A DNA stretch of 64,000 nt, taken from Chrysomallon squamiferum. Taxonomy: Eukaryota > Animalia > Mollusca. Positions 27,859 through 40,522 of this stretch are shown here, one piece after another. The position numbers and the translations under genes are program-made. The notes under the pieces were generated by a model, which saw only the letters and a program-made list of their open reading frames with translations, had not been told where the DNA came from and ran no database searches. The stretch covers positions 14,322,001-14,386,000 of the forward strand of contig CM022679.1 of the NCBI GenBank assembly GCA_012295275.1, in the 5' to 3' direction. The stretch's first letter is position 1, and each line of letters opens with the position of its first letter.

Positions 27859-29673
27859 GATATACAAGAAAAAAGCACTTGTTTATAAACTACCAAGACA
27901 ATAACATCGAAAGACATCACTGGATTTATTAATCATGTATTAAAAGCAAGGACTTATTGTTAACATAAAATGTGTAGATTTAAATTATATTAAAATAATA
28001 AAGGGTTTTAGCTGTATAAATACTACTCTGTATTTAATATGCAAGGAAATACACACATCCCCATGCCTCTAAGGCTTTTTCTGATCAGTTTGTGTTTTTC
28101 CTTTTCAATATAATAAAATTCATTTCACTGTGAAAAATTATATCAGAAACAACAGGAATGCATCCCTCATGTTTTCACAAATCCTCAATCTCCACCTTTG
28201 AAACATACATTCATTTCTTAAGAGCTTCCTAAATAGAAATAAAAAAAATATTTTAAAAAAATGAGATAAATTAAATGGGTTTTTTTTTTTTTCTTCTTTT
28301 TTTTTTTTCTGACAAAATAGAAGAAAGATGTCTTTGTTATTGTGGAAGCTGTTTTTGTGGTTGTGTTATCACAAGAACTTGGCAGTGTTAAGAAGTTGTA
28401 ATGACATTTACATGCTTACTCTGCATAATAGCCATCACTCAGACAGATTTGTGAACTCTTTTTTTTAAAAGATAATTTAGAACTTTTAAATGGATTTTAA
28501 TAAAAAAATATGTTAGACATTTGTAAAAAAAAAAAATGCCTTAATTAAATTCACAGTGTACATATGTTTCTCTCTCTTTCTGTATGTGTGTGTGTGTGTG
28601 TGTGTATTTAATATAAGATATATTGTTGAAAAAAGAGTGGCCTCATCTTATTTAATAAAGCTGTATTTCTGCAGACAAAATAATTTATTTACTTTTAGTT
28701 GAATTACATTTTTCTTATTACTTTTTTTTTTTTTTTTTTTTTTTTTTATCTTTAACTTTTTTTTGGGTTTTTTTAAAAATTGTTATTGTAATCATCATCT
28801 GTTGTTGTTGTAATCATGTTCCTTGTTAGTTTCAAATCATGTGATGAACTGACAAAAGAAAATTAATACCAGGAATTACATTTCATCTTAAGCGTAACAG
28901 ATACCTGAAATAATACATCACTTGTCATCTGCTATACTGTATACTTAATCTGTATAGATATACCATATCTTACATATTTCACCTTGTGAATGGATAGTGG
29001 ATGATCTAAATATCATACTGACCAGGTATTTAAAGAGCCTAATTTAACATAAAAATTCTGAATTCAGTGAATTTTATTGGTAAAAGACAAAAACAATTCC
29101 AAACAGTTCATGAGCCAGTTATTCTATTATTTACTGTGGAAGAACTGAAATACTAACTTGAACATACATAATGTATTTATGCCATTTGTAAAGATACAGT
29201 TGGAATAAAATAATGATTAAAAAACCCAGCTATTGTAGTAAAATACAAAATAATCATTTAAGAATTACAGAAAAAAAAAAAAAAAAAAAAAAAATCAAGA
29301 ACAAGAACAATCAGTAACGGTTGAAAAATTACATTCAAGAATTTGAAACAAAATCATTCTTTATCTCCAGCTCTTGCTATTACTGATGTATTTCAGGTGT
29401 GTAACTTCTCATGTTTATGTATGGGATTAATTAATATCCATGGTCACATACATGTTATATGTCACAGGTATACGTTTCTTTTGTTGTGTGTTTCCATGGT
29501 AGAGTCATCTGTGTCAGACTGGACAAGCGATATCATCATTACAAGTGTGTTTTTCAGATAAGTGACAGTTGCTTTATTTGTGGTGTGTGTGTCAGGATGT
29601 GCCCATCAAAAATTTGGTATTTTTTCAGTAAACAAATATAATTTGATATTTCTATTATTGTGTGTGGTTGTAA

Positions 29674-29715
<42 letters not shown>

Positions 29716-30598
29716 GTGTATTTGTATATAATTGTTTGGTTTTCTCATTGTGGTTGATAAAACAGTGATGGAATTTTAATTGTTTCTGACAGCTTTCTTA
29801 TTTTTGCATGACACTTGACATAAACATCATAGAAAATATTATTTAAACTGTTTATTTAAGTTTAAATTTTCTGACATCAGAAAACATTATATTTTGTGCA
29901 CAGTTCAAATGAACTCGTGACCATATTTGTGTACATACATGTTTGTGGCATCATATTCAGCATGTAAACTTTATTACCAGTAAAGTTTAGATTTCTATAA
30001 TCAGACATTAAAATTACATTTGCAACAGAAAAAAAAAGAGATCTTTTCTGATTGATATCTTGATAGTCTGAAAATCCTGAAACAAGAAAACTGTTCTTTT
30101 TTCTAAATTCTTAACCAGCCAGCTAATCTCAAAGATTAATTCTTTAATTATGCCTGAAAAATTTAGTTGCTATGTTGTTAAAAGTGACAATTCAGTTAAA
30201 ATTGATTCTAAATGCAGAACGTTATATAGACTCTTGCCAGATAACAGAGTATTTTTTGGATTCATTGTTTATTTAAAAATAATTTCTTAATGTTATTTCA
30301 GTAAGATTGAAAAATAATACCTTGTTTCTTAACCTGAAGTTTCACCATTAAAATCTTAAATAATATCTTCTAGTGTAAAAATAGCTAATGTCTTAAACAA
30401 TATTAGCAGAAGTTTCACTACAAAAATCTTAATTAATGTGTTCTCTAATAGAGATACAGCTAATATCTTAGAGACGAAAGCAAAAGCTAAAACTTTAAAA
30501 TCTTATATTAAATCTTCTAATAGAAACATAACTAATTGCTAACATGTTAATAATACCACAATTAAAATCCAAATTAATATTTTCTTCAGTGAAAATAT

Positions 30599-30815
30599 AG
30601 CTGATGTCTTAAACAGAAACTTTGTTATTGAAATCTCAGTTAATATTTTCTAATGTAAATATATGTAGCTGATGTCTTAAACAGAAACTTTGTTGTTGAA
30701 ATCTCAATTAATATTTTCTAATGTAAATAAAGCTGATGTCTTAAACAGAAGCCTTGTCATTAAAATCTCACTTATTATCTTCTAACATAAATATAACTGA
30801 TGTCTTAAACAATAT
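30599..30815. repeat. Tandem repeat, about 65-69 bp unit (agctgatgtcttaaacagaaactttgttattgaaatctca...), 3-4 copies with degenerate flanks
   Basis: ctgatgtcttaaaca recurs at about 30601, 30669, 30733 and 30797. Confidence 0.8.
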
Positions 30816-32067
30816 TCACAAGAATCTTCTCAATTTAAATCTTAATTCCAATCTTCTTCTGTGGCTGATATATTTTATCTGCTAGATAATTCTGATTAGC
30901 TTTTGACTATAACGATCTTTCTTCTTCGTCCTCAAGATCAGAATGCATCAGTGTTTGTCTTTTCTGTGTGCCTGTCAGTCTTCTTTTTGTTGAAATGTTT
31001 GATTTACATCAATCCCAGCCACACACACACACACTAATCTCTCGTTCTACAATGAGAGGACAAACAGAACCAGTTGGTCAGTGATGTCCAATGATGTCCA
31101 GGTATAATCAGACAGGGTGTTACTGTCTGAATTACAGGATTCTCTGAAGTGTCAAGTTTTAGTTGGTCAATTATATTCACAGTATCATTTATAATTGGAC
31201 AGGGTTCTACAATGAGTCCAGTGATGTTCTATAGTAGGTAGTAGTTGGTCAGTTATGTCCAGTGTCTTCATATATAACTGGACAGTGTTTGACAATGTGT
31301 CCAGTTACAGCTGGACGGGGTTTAATACTGTGTGTCCAGTTAGAATGGGTCAGGGATGTCCAGTTTGTCTAGCCAGCACTATGTCAAATGTGTGTTGAAA
31401 GAAAGATTAAAATGAAGCTGATGTTTGATCAAGGTGGGGATTAGAAAATCAGTTTGTTTTATACGATGGGCTGTTTAAACTGATCAGAAACACTTACTGT
31501 TTTTGTTATGTTACTGAACACTGGTGTGTAGATGAAAAAAAACAGTGTGTTTTTAAAATGACTGGTTTAATTATAATATGCAGTAAAATAAAAAATGTTA
31601 ATTTGTAATAATAGTACACAAGGTTAAATTTGTTTATTATTATTATTCTGAGACATTAATGTCCAAAGTGCAGCCATCATTATTGTGTATCATAGGTTCA
31701 AACTTCTCAGTTAAATTCAGGGCCAGTAGAAACAATAAATAAATAAATAAATACATTTTAACACAGAAATAAAATTATATTGAAAAAAACCTGGAATAAA
31801 ATAGAAATAAAATTTCAGAATATTTTAAATAGAAATAATAATTTTAAAAAAGTGCAATAAAATTTTACAATAATAATAAAAAAATATATATATATATAAA
31901 TAAAATTTGAATATAATTAAAATATAAGTAATAAAAAATATTGTTAAAAACTAATAAAATTTTAAATAAATAAAACATTTCTCACATTCAGTTAATATTT
32001 TTTTTAAATTTGAATTAAACAATGCTAACTTTATAATTATTATACACACAAATAACAGAACTGATAC

Positions 32068-32215
32068 AAACACTTCCTATCACAAAATAACAAACAAACA
32101 CTTCCTATCACAAAATAACAAACAAACACTTCCTATCACAAAATAACAAACAAACACTTCCTATCACAAAATAACAAAAACACTTCCTATCACAAAATAA
32201 CAAACAAACACTTCC
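32068..32215. repeat. 28-bp minisatellite (aaacacttcctatcacaaaataacaaac), about 5 copies
   Basis: Near-identical tandem copies. Confidence 0.92.
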
Positions 32216-34299
32216 AGTGATTAGCAACACACTGTTTATTTTTGTCTTCTGTTAACAAACATCCTATTCACTTGGAGGTAATTAGCATGTTTTATTTATA
32301 GTGTGCTATTGTCAGGGTTAGACTGACCCATGTATATTCACTTTTTTTTCCATTATCATAATTAACCGCAATCAGAAGGTTAAACAATGGATCATCTCTA
32401 ACAAATATTGGTGGCTTTTAGTGGCGACTTTTTGCTGATTTTCAGTGGGGTTTTTGTTGTCTATTAAATTATTCTTTTTTTTAAAGATTATTATTATTTT
32501 TTAAAGATAACATCAAAAGAATTTTTAACTGGTATGTGTGTATGTATGTATGTGTGTATGTATGTGCATTTTATTAACTAATATATATGTATGGTTATCA
32601 GGTTATGAGGTTTCTGTCAAAGATATTCTTCTGTAATGAAACAATGATAAGAATGATAAGACAGTAGAAATTCATTATCATAACTCACTAGATTATTTTT
32701 ACTAATTAGCAGCAAGAAATTTTTAACACAGACATTCCAGAGACAAGAAAGCACACACAACAGCCTTTGATAAAGCATACTTTCCAGCAATGGTTGGAAT
32801 GAGAAATGCACTTATGTAGGTACACTGATAATGATTGATCCAGCCACCTGGGACAATACTAGTATTAAATGTTTTTACATGTTTGATACAGCTTGTATGT
32901 AATGGCACACAGTCATGTTATATTACAACAATTACATTTTTAATAGTTTGTCCACATTATACCATTCATCATCTGACTCATTCAGGACTGATTAATGTAA
33001 TGTATTCAAGGTTATTTGTAATGCAATTTTAAAATGACTCAGTCTTTTAAGTAATACACACCTATTGTTATTTTTATATCACGACATTTTATCGGACTCA
33101 GTCTGTAAAGAATTCGAAGTTCAATATAACTAAATCTACTGGGTTTTAATGGATAAATTCATATATATCTATATATATATATATAGATATATACATATAT
33201 ATAATATACATATATATATATATGTATAAATGAGTCAGTGTAAAATTCCAGTTAAAAGAAAACATACAGCTAAGGGACAATGCATGGTTAAAAAAGATAT
33301 TATTATTATTATTATTATTACAACTAAGTTACTATTACTGCTGCTTTTATTACTATTACTATTACTATTATTATTGTTATTGTTATTATTTTTATTTTTG
33401 TTATTTAAAGAAGACAACTCAATTAATACCAAGCCTGTCATTTCTGTTTTCCTCTTTTTTGTACTAGATTTAAACATATAAATATTCTTTAATCCATCTG
33501 TAAAAAAAAAAATTTGATGAATATTCAACTGGTCCACCTTTAAACTATAGTCAGATTCTTTATTCATTTACCCAAGCATTTTTCATTTATCATGAAAAAC
33601 AATATTTTATTGTTTTTTTTTGTGTATGTGACTGTGTGTGTTGTTGTTCTTTTTGGCCATATCTGGCTTATTTGTTTACTGTTTGATAACGTGAATATAG
33701 AGCTACCATTACTGAAGCTACTGAGAGAGAGAGAAAAAATTCTAAACAAAAACACCACTATCACCCAGCATGTTAATATCACAAGCTGTTGTTGGCAAGT
33801 AGTTTTATGTACAGTGTCGTATATCTTTCGTATTGAATATGTAGGTGTGTTATAATTTCTGTTTAAATGTTATACTACATGGTGACACAATCAGTGAAGG
33901 TTGTAGACTGTGAACAGAAATATATAACATAAAATGTTGTTATTGGTAAGTAGCAAATAGAAAATATAACATATTATAAAAAAATAATAATTTAATGAAG
34001 TTACCTGTTGAAAAATTTACAAAATGCAATAGGTGTGTAATTTATACATGAATGTAATCAGTTTTAATGGTTAAGATGTGAAAAGAAAATTTTATATTTG
34101 TGAGCTGATGTTGTACACTGCTATTTAATTTATATGTGACTGTAATAATTGGTATATTTTAACCATAATTCTTGTTTAAGTAAAGTCTATAAAAAATGTA
34201 TAACATAAAACAAGGGCAATTAATTAATTAAATAATTAAATTATTAAACAAATTATTTCTGAAAGATATGGATTATTTTCTGTTTCCTTTATATCTGTA

Positions 34300-34790
34300 T
34301 TAACATTTTTATAGTAAAATACCTTTACTTCCTTGATACTGTCATCACAAAAAATCTGTGGCTTTGTTGATACTGTACTATCATTTTCATGGTAAAATTT
34401 CTGCCATGTTTGATAGCTGTTTTAACATTTTCATATTAAAATATTTCTACTTTCTATTAAGCTCATGTTAACATTTTCATGGTTTAATATTTTTATCATT
34501 CTTTGAAATCACTATTAACATTTTCACAGTAAAATAACTTTATCATTCTTTGATACTTCTTATATCAACATTTTCATAGTAAAATATCAACATTTCTTTG
34601 ATACCTGATTTAACACTTAAAATCATGGTAAAATACATATATACATTCCTGGATACTTACATCTAAAATTTTCATGTTAGAATTTATCTATATTCCTTGA
34701 TAAGTATATTAACATTTTCATAGTAAAATATATCTACATTTCTTTATACCAATATTAAACACTTTCATAGTGAAATATCTGTAGCTCTAT
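34300..34790. repeat. Degenerate tandem repeat (taacattttcatagtaaaat...ttccttgatac)
   Basis: Diverged unit recurring about every 45-60 bp. Confidence 0.55.
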
Positions 34791-35840
34791 TGACATTTGT
34801 ATTCAAATTTTTGTATTAAGTGATTATTAACTCAGATGTATAAGTAGTGGCTGTAAAACTCATTGATTCTGTAAACATTTATTGAAGGAACGTGCCAGGT
34901 ATGCAAGGACAGAGTGACCTACCTATTCTAGATAATTTGATTTTTATTTATTTATTATTCACTGAACAGTCTGTAAACAAACAAAAAAAAAAGTCCACAG
35001 CTGGTATTTTACAGCTTTTTTATGATGGTTTAACTTAAATAAATAAATAAATAAATAAGTATTAACATATGTACATGTTTATCTTTTAATAGAATTACCA
35101 GTAAGCGCCTTGAAAGTTAGAGATTTTTGTGTTATTGGCATTTTCAATGATTGTTTTTATTTGTTGTTGTAATAAAATAAATTGAAATTTTAAAATTTAA
35201 TTTATTTTATATATTTATTTTGATTTTTGTTTGTTAAAAACCAAATCCATTCAGTACTAGTTTTAATTCAGCGTAATTTTTAAATCTCATTTTTGAGTAA
35301 ATGGGGAAAAATAATGTGTAGATGTAACATTTGGTTAATAATTTGTTTTGTCTTTGGTGTGATTTTGCTGAAGGTTAAATTGAGACTGATGTAGACAGAC
35401 AAGAATCTTGTTTTATTTGCTTGAGTCAGAGAAAGGGTTAATTAGACAGACAAGAATGGGTCTTGTGGTTTAGCAGTGAGCAGAGTTATGAAATATTTAT
35501 TTGTCTTAACACCTTCTCAGTTGACTCCAGGTACAAGCTGGTAATGATGTGAATATCTCAGAGTCTTAACATGAATGTGTTAACCACTGATCAACCAAGA
35601 CATATACTGAATATAATAAAACCATATGCATATTTGTGTCTGTGCATATGTGTGAGTGTTTGGTATATCTGTGCATAAACATATATTGGTAAACAGACTG
35701 AATCAAACCTCAAGAAATAAATTTATTTTTTAACTGAAAACAGAATCAAAACCTGTTTTTTATTTTGTAGGCAAATCTATTCATTTTGCCTTCTCAATGT
35801 TGAGATTGTCTGTTGACTGTAGTTAAATATATTTGACTAT

Positions 35841-36697
35841 GGAGATTATTCACAAACTATTGTAGATGAGTTTTACCATTGAAATTATTCACAAACTATT
35901 GTAGATGAGTTTTACCATTGAAATTATTCACAAACTATTGTAAATGAGTTTTACTATTGAAATTATTCACAAACTGTTGTAGATGTGTTTTACTGTGGAG
36001 ATTATTCACAAACTGTTGTAGATGAGTGTTTTACTGTGGAGATTATTCACAAACTGTTGTAGATGTGTTTTACTGTGGAGATTATTCACAAACTGTTGTA
36101 GATGAGTTTTACTATGGAAAATTCACAAACTGTTGTAGATGAGTTTTACAGTGGAGATTATTCACAAACTGTTGTAGATGAGTTTTACTACTGAAATTCA
36201 CAAACTGTTGTAGATGAGTTTTACTACTGAAATTCACAAACTGTTGTAGATGAGTTTTACAGTGGAGATTATTCACAAACTGTTGTAGATGAGTTTTACA
36301 GTGGAGATTATTCACAAACTGTTGTAGATGTGTTTTACTGTGGAAATTCACAAACTGTTGTAGATGAGTTTTACAGTGGAGATTATTCACAAACTGTTGT
36401 AGATGAGTTTTACTGTGGAGATTATTCACAAACTGTTGTAGATGAGTTTTACTACTGAAATTCACAAACTGTTGTAGATGAGTTTTACAGTGGAGATTAT
36501 TCACAAACTGTTGTAGATGAGTTTTACAGTGGATATTATTCACAAACTGTTATTCACAGACTGTTGTAGATGAGTTTTACTATTGAAATTATTCACAAAC
36601 TGTTGTAGATGAGTTTTACAGTGGAGATTATTCACAGACTGTTGTAGATGAGTTTTACAGTGGAGATTATTCACAAACTGTTATAGATGTGTTTTAC
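35841..36697. repeat. 39/36-bp minisatellite (gtggagattattcacaaactgttgtagatgagttttaca), about 22 copies
   Basis: Contiguous near-identical units with no unique spacers; it explains the repetitive ORF 36112..36543. Confidence 0.95.
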
Positions 36698-37758
36698 AAA
36701 GGTCTACTTGACAACTAATTAGGAGACTGCTGAGCTGATCTGTAGCTGTTCCGATACACAGAGATAACCAACACAGAACTTATCCCCTGCCCCTAACAAA
36801 TCACCCAGTGTCCTTGCAAGACTTCACCACCTGACTGTATTGTTCTCTTCAAGTCTCTTATCTTTATTGGACTCAAACTCTGACATATCTTGTTAGTTTC
36901 TCCACCACAGTTTTATCAGTTCTTTTTACAGCATTCTCTAATTGTACTGACCTCCAGTTAGTGTCAGTAAAAAAAAAAAAAAAAAAAAAAAATGGTGTTG
37001 ACATTGGGCTTTTGAACTTTCCAAACAATTGCTGTAATTTAATTCTCTTTGATCCATTTTTACCAGCAGTTCTATGATAAAATTAATTATTTTTATTGCA
37101 ATAACTACAGCTCAGAATATTAATCCAGTTTTTGGACTGTAATGGATGTGTGAGGAAAGAATTAAAAATTTTAGTGGCAATTTAAAATCTGAAATTATAA
37201 AAATATTGGATATTTCTGACAATGAAGGCTTTTGTTAAACACACACAGAGCGGTTGCTTGGCAAAATTATCTCAATAAATAATATTTGCTGTTCTTTGCC
37301 TTGCAGTACAGGCTGAAAATAACCTTGAGTTTTTTTCTGTCCATACATCCATCCATCCATCCATTATCAAGTGTATAAAAACATGTTATTGCCTGTGTGT
37401 TGCATTGTAGCTAATCTTCTCAACTGATTTATAGACCCATGCTGTGGCTTAAGTTTTGAATATGTTTGTTTGAGAGCTCTTGAGTGTTTTTGTGTTTAAA
37501 ATGTGGTTTGTATGCATGCATGTGTGTGTGTGTGGCTTATGTCTGCATTCATTCAGATATTTCTATACTTTGTTAACAATATTTTAAAAAGTAGTCAAGT
37601 ATAATCCCTCACATCAGGAAAAAAAAAAAAAAAAATGGAATATTAAATTTCTGTATCACGTTAATATTGGTCAATCCAAATTTGCGTCACAGAAATAATT
37701 TTACAAATTGAAACAAATAAAAAATTTCTGTTTTAAGATGAATTTTCTTTTCTTTCAG

Positions 37759-37907
37759 TTCAATAGGACGTAGGCGACAAACATCGGTGCCTGACATCAG
37801 CAACGCCGAGGATGACTGGGACTCGCAGGACATGTACAAGAGGGTGCAACAGGGAGGCGACATCCCTTACAAGGGTCTACAGAAACCTGCCCCTGAAAAG
37901 CCTAAAA
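37759..37907 (+). CDS. SORBS exon, 149 nt, phase 2-1 (SIGRRRQTSVPDISNAEDDWDSQDMYKRVQQGGDIPYKGLQKPAPEKPK)
   Basis: ttttctttcag acceptor, AAA|gtgagt donor; GGxxPxxGxxKPAPE+PK motif as recalled from invertebrate CAP. Confidence 0.92.
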
Positions 37908-40522
37908 GTGAGTATTTTGTGTGTGAATTGATTTTTATTTTTCTGTCTTGACTCTGCAGTGTGGTTTTGTTTTGATAATTAGTTAATGAAGACTGATAAT
38001 TATGTCTGCATTTTAATGTCTTTAAAAATTTATTTTTAATGTATTTTGTTTTCATTTTGGGAAAATGAATGAAAAAAAACACCCCAGCAAATACATCAAA
38101 AATAAATAAATAAATAATGAATGGTAGCTTATTTTTTTCATTGATTTTTGTATTAAATGCATTTTTATTGTTATTATTTTTTTTAAATTTGTTATTATTT
38201 TTTTTTGTGTGTCTTGGTATTTTCAATCTGTAATTAATTAAATAAAAAAAAAAAAAAACCAACAACAACAAAGCTATAGAATGTTAAAAAATAAAATTAA
38301 CTAAATTTGTTTTAACATTATTTAATGAGTATTTCAATTATATTTTATAAAATCAACATGTGAATTAATTTTAAAAGAAATCTGAATAGTAAAAGAAACG
38401 AAAAAAGAAGAAACTGGAAATGACATAATAAAAGTTAAGAAATGACATCACTTCCTGTTATAACTAAAGGGAGACAATTATTAAGACAGTTTTAATAAGT
38501 AATTATCCTGAGCTGCTGGTTGAATGAGTTTACAGTTCTTTCAGTTTATATTATTATTATTTTTTAATTCTCCCTGATTTTTTTTTGCAGTTTTGTTATG
38601 CTATATTTTGTTGAGTTTATTTGTTATTTAAAATATTCTGCACAATTATTGTTTTATTTAAAGCTTTTGTTTATTTTTTTGAGTGGATTTGTTTTATATT
38701 TGTCTTTCATTTTCTTAATTTAAAAAGAAAAGGAAAGTTTGGTTATTCTCTTTGTTTATTTCTGGGATGTGCTATTTAAGTAGGTTATAAGATTAATTTA
38801 ACACAATGTTTTCTGACACATTTATTTTATAATTACACTTTATATATATATATGTAACAGTTATTAGGTTTCAAATAATAATCTAGTAATTACTAATAGT
38901 AATAAATCATGTTTCTTCTTTCAAATATACCAATTTCTAGACTGTAAATTATTTTTTTCTTTAAAACTTTAATTAATTATAATGAATATATTGTTTTAAT
39001 TACGCATAATTAAAAGCCATATATAAATAAGTTTTACAATAAATGAATGTGTCCCCATAATTACACACATATTTCTGCATGTCTTCATTTTATTGTTTAT
39101 CATCTGTTACAAAAGATTACCACACCTGAGATTATCATTACGTCTTTATCTGTTGTGTATGTACCCACACCAGTGTTTCATCATTTCGGCTAATAAAACT
39201 CATTTCTCTCTGTAAATTGGCTTTTGTTGTAAATTGGATAACCAGAGCTCTTTATTACACATGGGTTTATGTGCTGCATGAAACTGAAGGGCTTGTTGCT
39301 GGTAGTAATCTGTTTCTAAGTGTGTAATAATAATAATAATGTCACCGGTACACTTGTGTAATACAACATTTTATACAACCACACCGTGGACTTTGAGTCT
39401 GTTTACTGCACCCCCATTTCAATGTTAGCCATGAAGATTTCGTATCTACGTACATTCACATGTCTTTTCACGTCATCTTCACACCAAATGTGTTCTCTCA
39501 AACCAAAGAGTTCTTCTTCCTCTGTCATATAGTGAGTAACATGCAAAATTTTTGCTTTGTCTTTTTATTTTATATTGTTGCCATGGTTTCAAGCTTTAAT
39601 TATTTTGCTTTATTATTATTATTTTTTTTTAAATTCAAAGGTGAATGTTTGTTTGTCTGTTATGTTTTACTTCTCAATGTTTTTGTTTCTTTCTTTTCAT
39701 GAAACCAGCAGCAATATATTATAGAGTTGTTTTTCTTAATTTTTTATTTACAATACAGGGAGGGGTCATTTTTGTTAATGATCATGTGTTTTTTTAATTC
39801 AGGCTGACAATCTGTTATCCAAATCTGAATAATTGCTGAAACCAAAACCTTTAATTTTGATTGCATGAATGATTAATTACATAATAATATAGGTTTTTTG
39901 TAATTTAATTTGGATATATATGACAGTTTTGTTGTTTGTATATGAGAGATAAGGAATACTTTTTGTGTTCTTTGCCAAACATTTTGGATAAAGGACAGTC
40001 AGCCTGTATATTCTCTATCTAATCTTTAATTCAGGCTTATTAGAGAACTCATTATATCATTTAGATTAAAATAATTTAAATTAATATAGTTTTTCTTGTA
40101 GTTCTTCTATATATATATATATATCTCTGTCAGTTTTGTTCATTTACATTCATCTCACTGTTCTGTTGTTACAGCTCGTTTGATTGGTGTGAGGAAGTCA
40201 GTGCTGCATGCTGGGTAGTTTAACCCTGCTACTAACATCACCTATGATCATCTTACTAATGTATAACAAACAGACAGTTAACAAATCAAGCAAAGAATAT
40301 GTTTTTAGCATTTAATCACATGTTGATAAAAACTTGTTTGTTTTGAGGTTAAGTGTCAACATCAAAAAATGTTCCATCTTCCATTTTATTTTATTTTTTA
40401 AATATTTATGAACAATTGAATGATGACAAGAACAGAGACAGAAGAAAAGAAAAGAGGAGCAAAAGAAAGAAAATAAACAAAAATTTCAATATATATGCCC
40501 CAAAAATTTGTAACTTGAAAAT

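Noticed and set aside
35841-36697. CRISPR-like array or repeat protein (HCKTHLQQFVNNL)n
   Set aside because: Units are contiguous with no unique spacers, there are no cas genes and the context is a eukaryotic intron. The ORF results from unit lengths divisible by 3.
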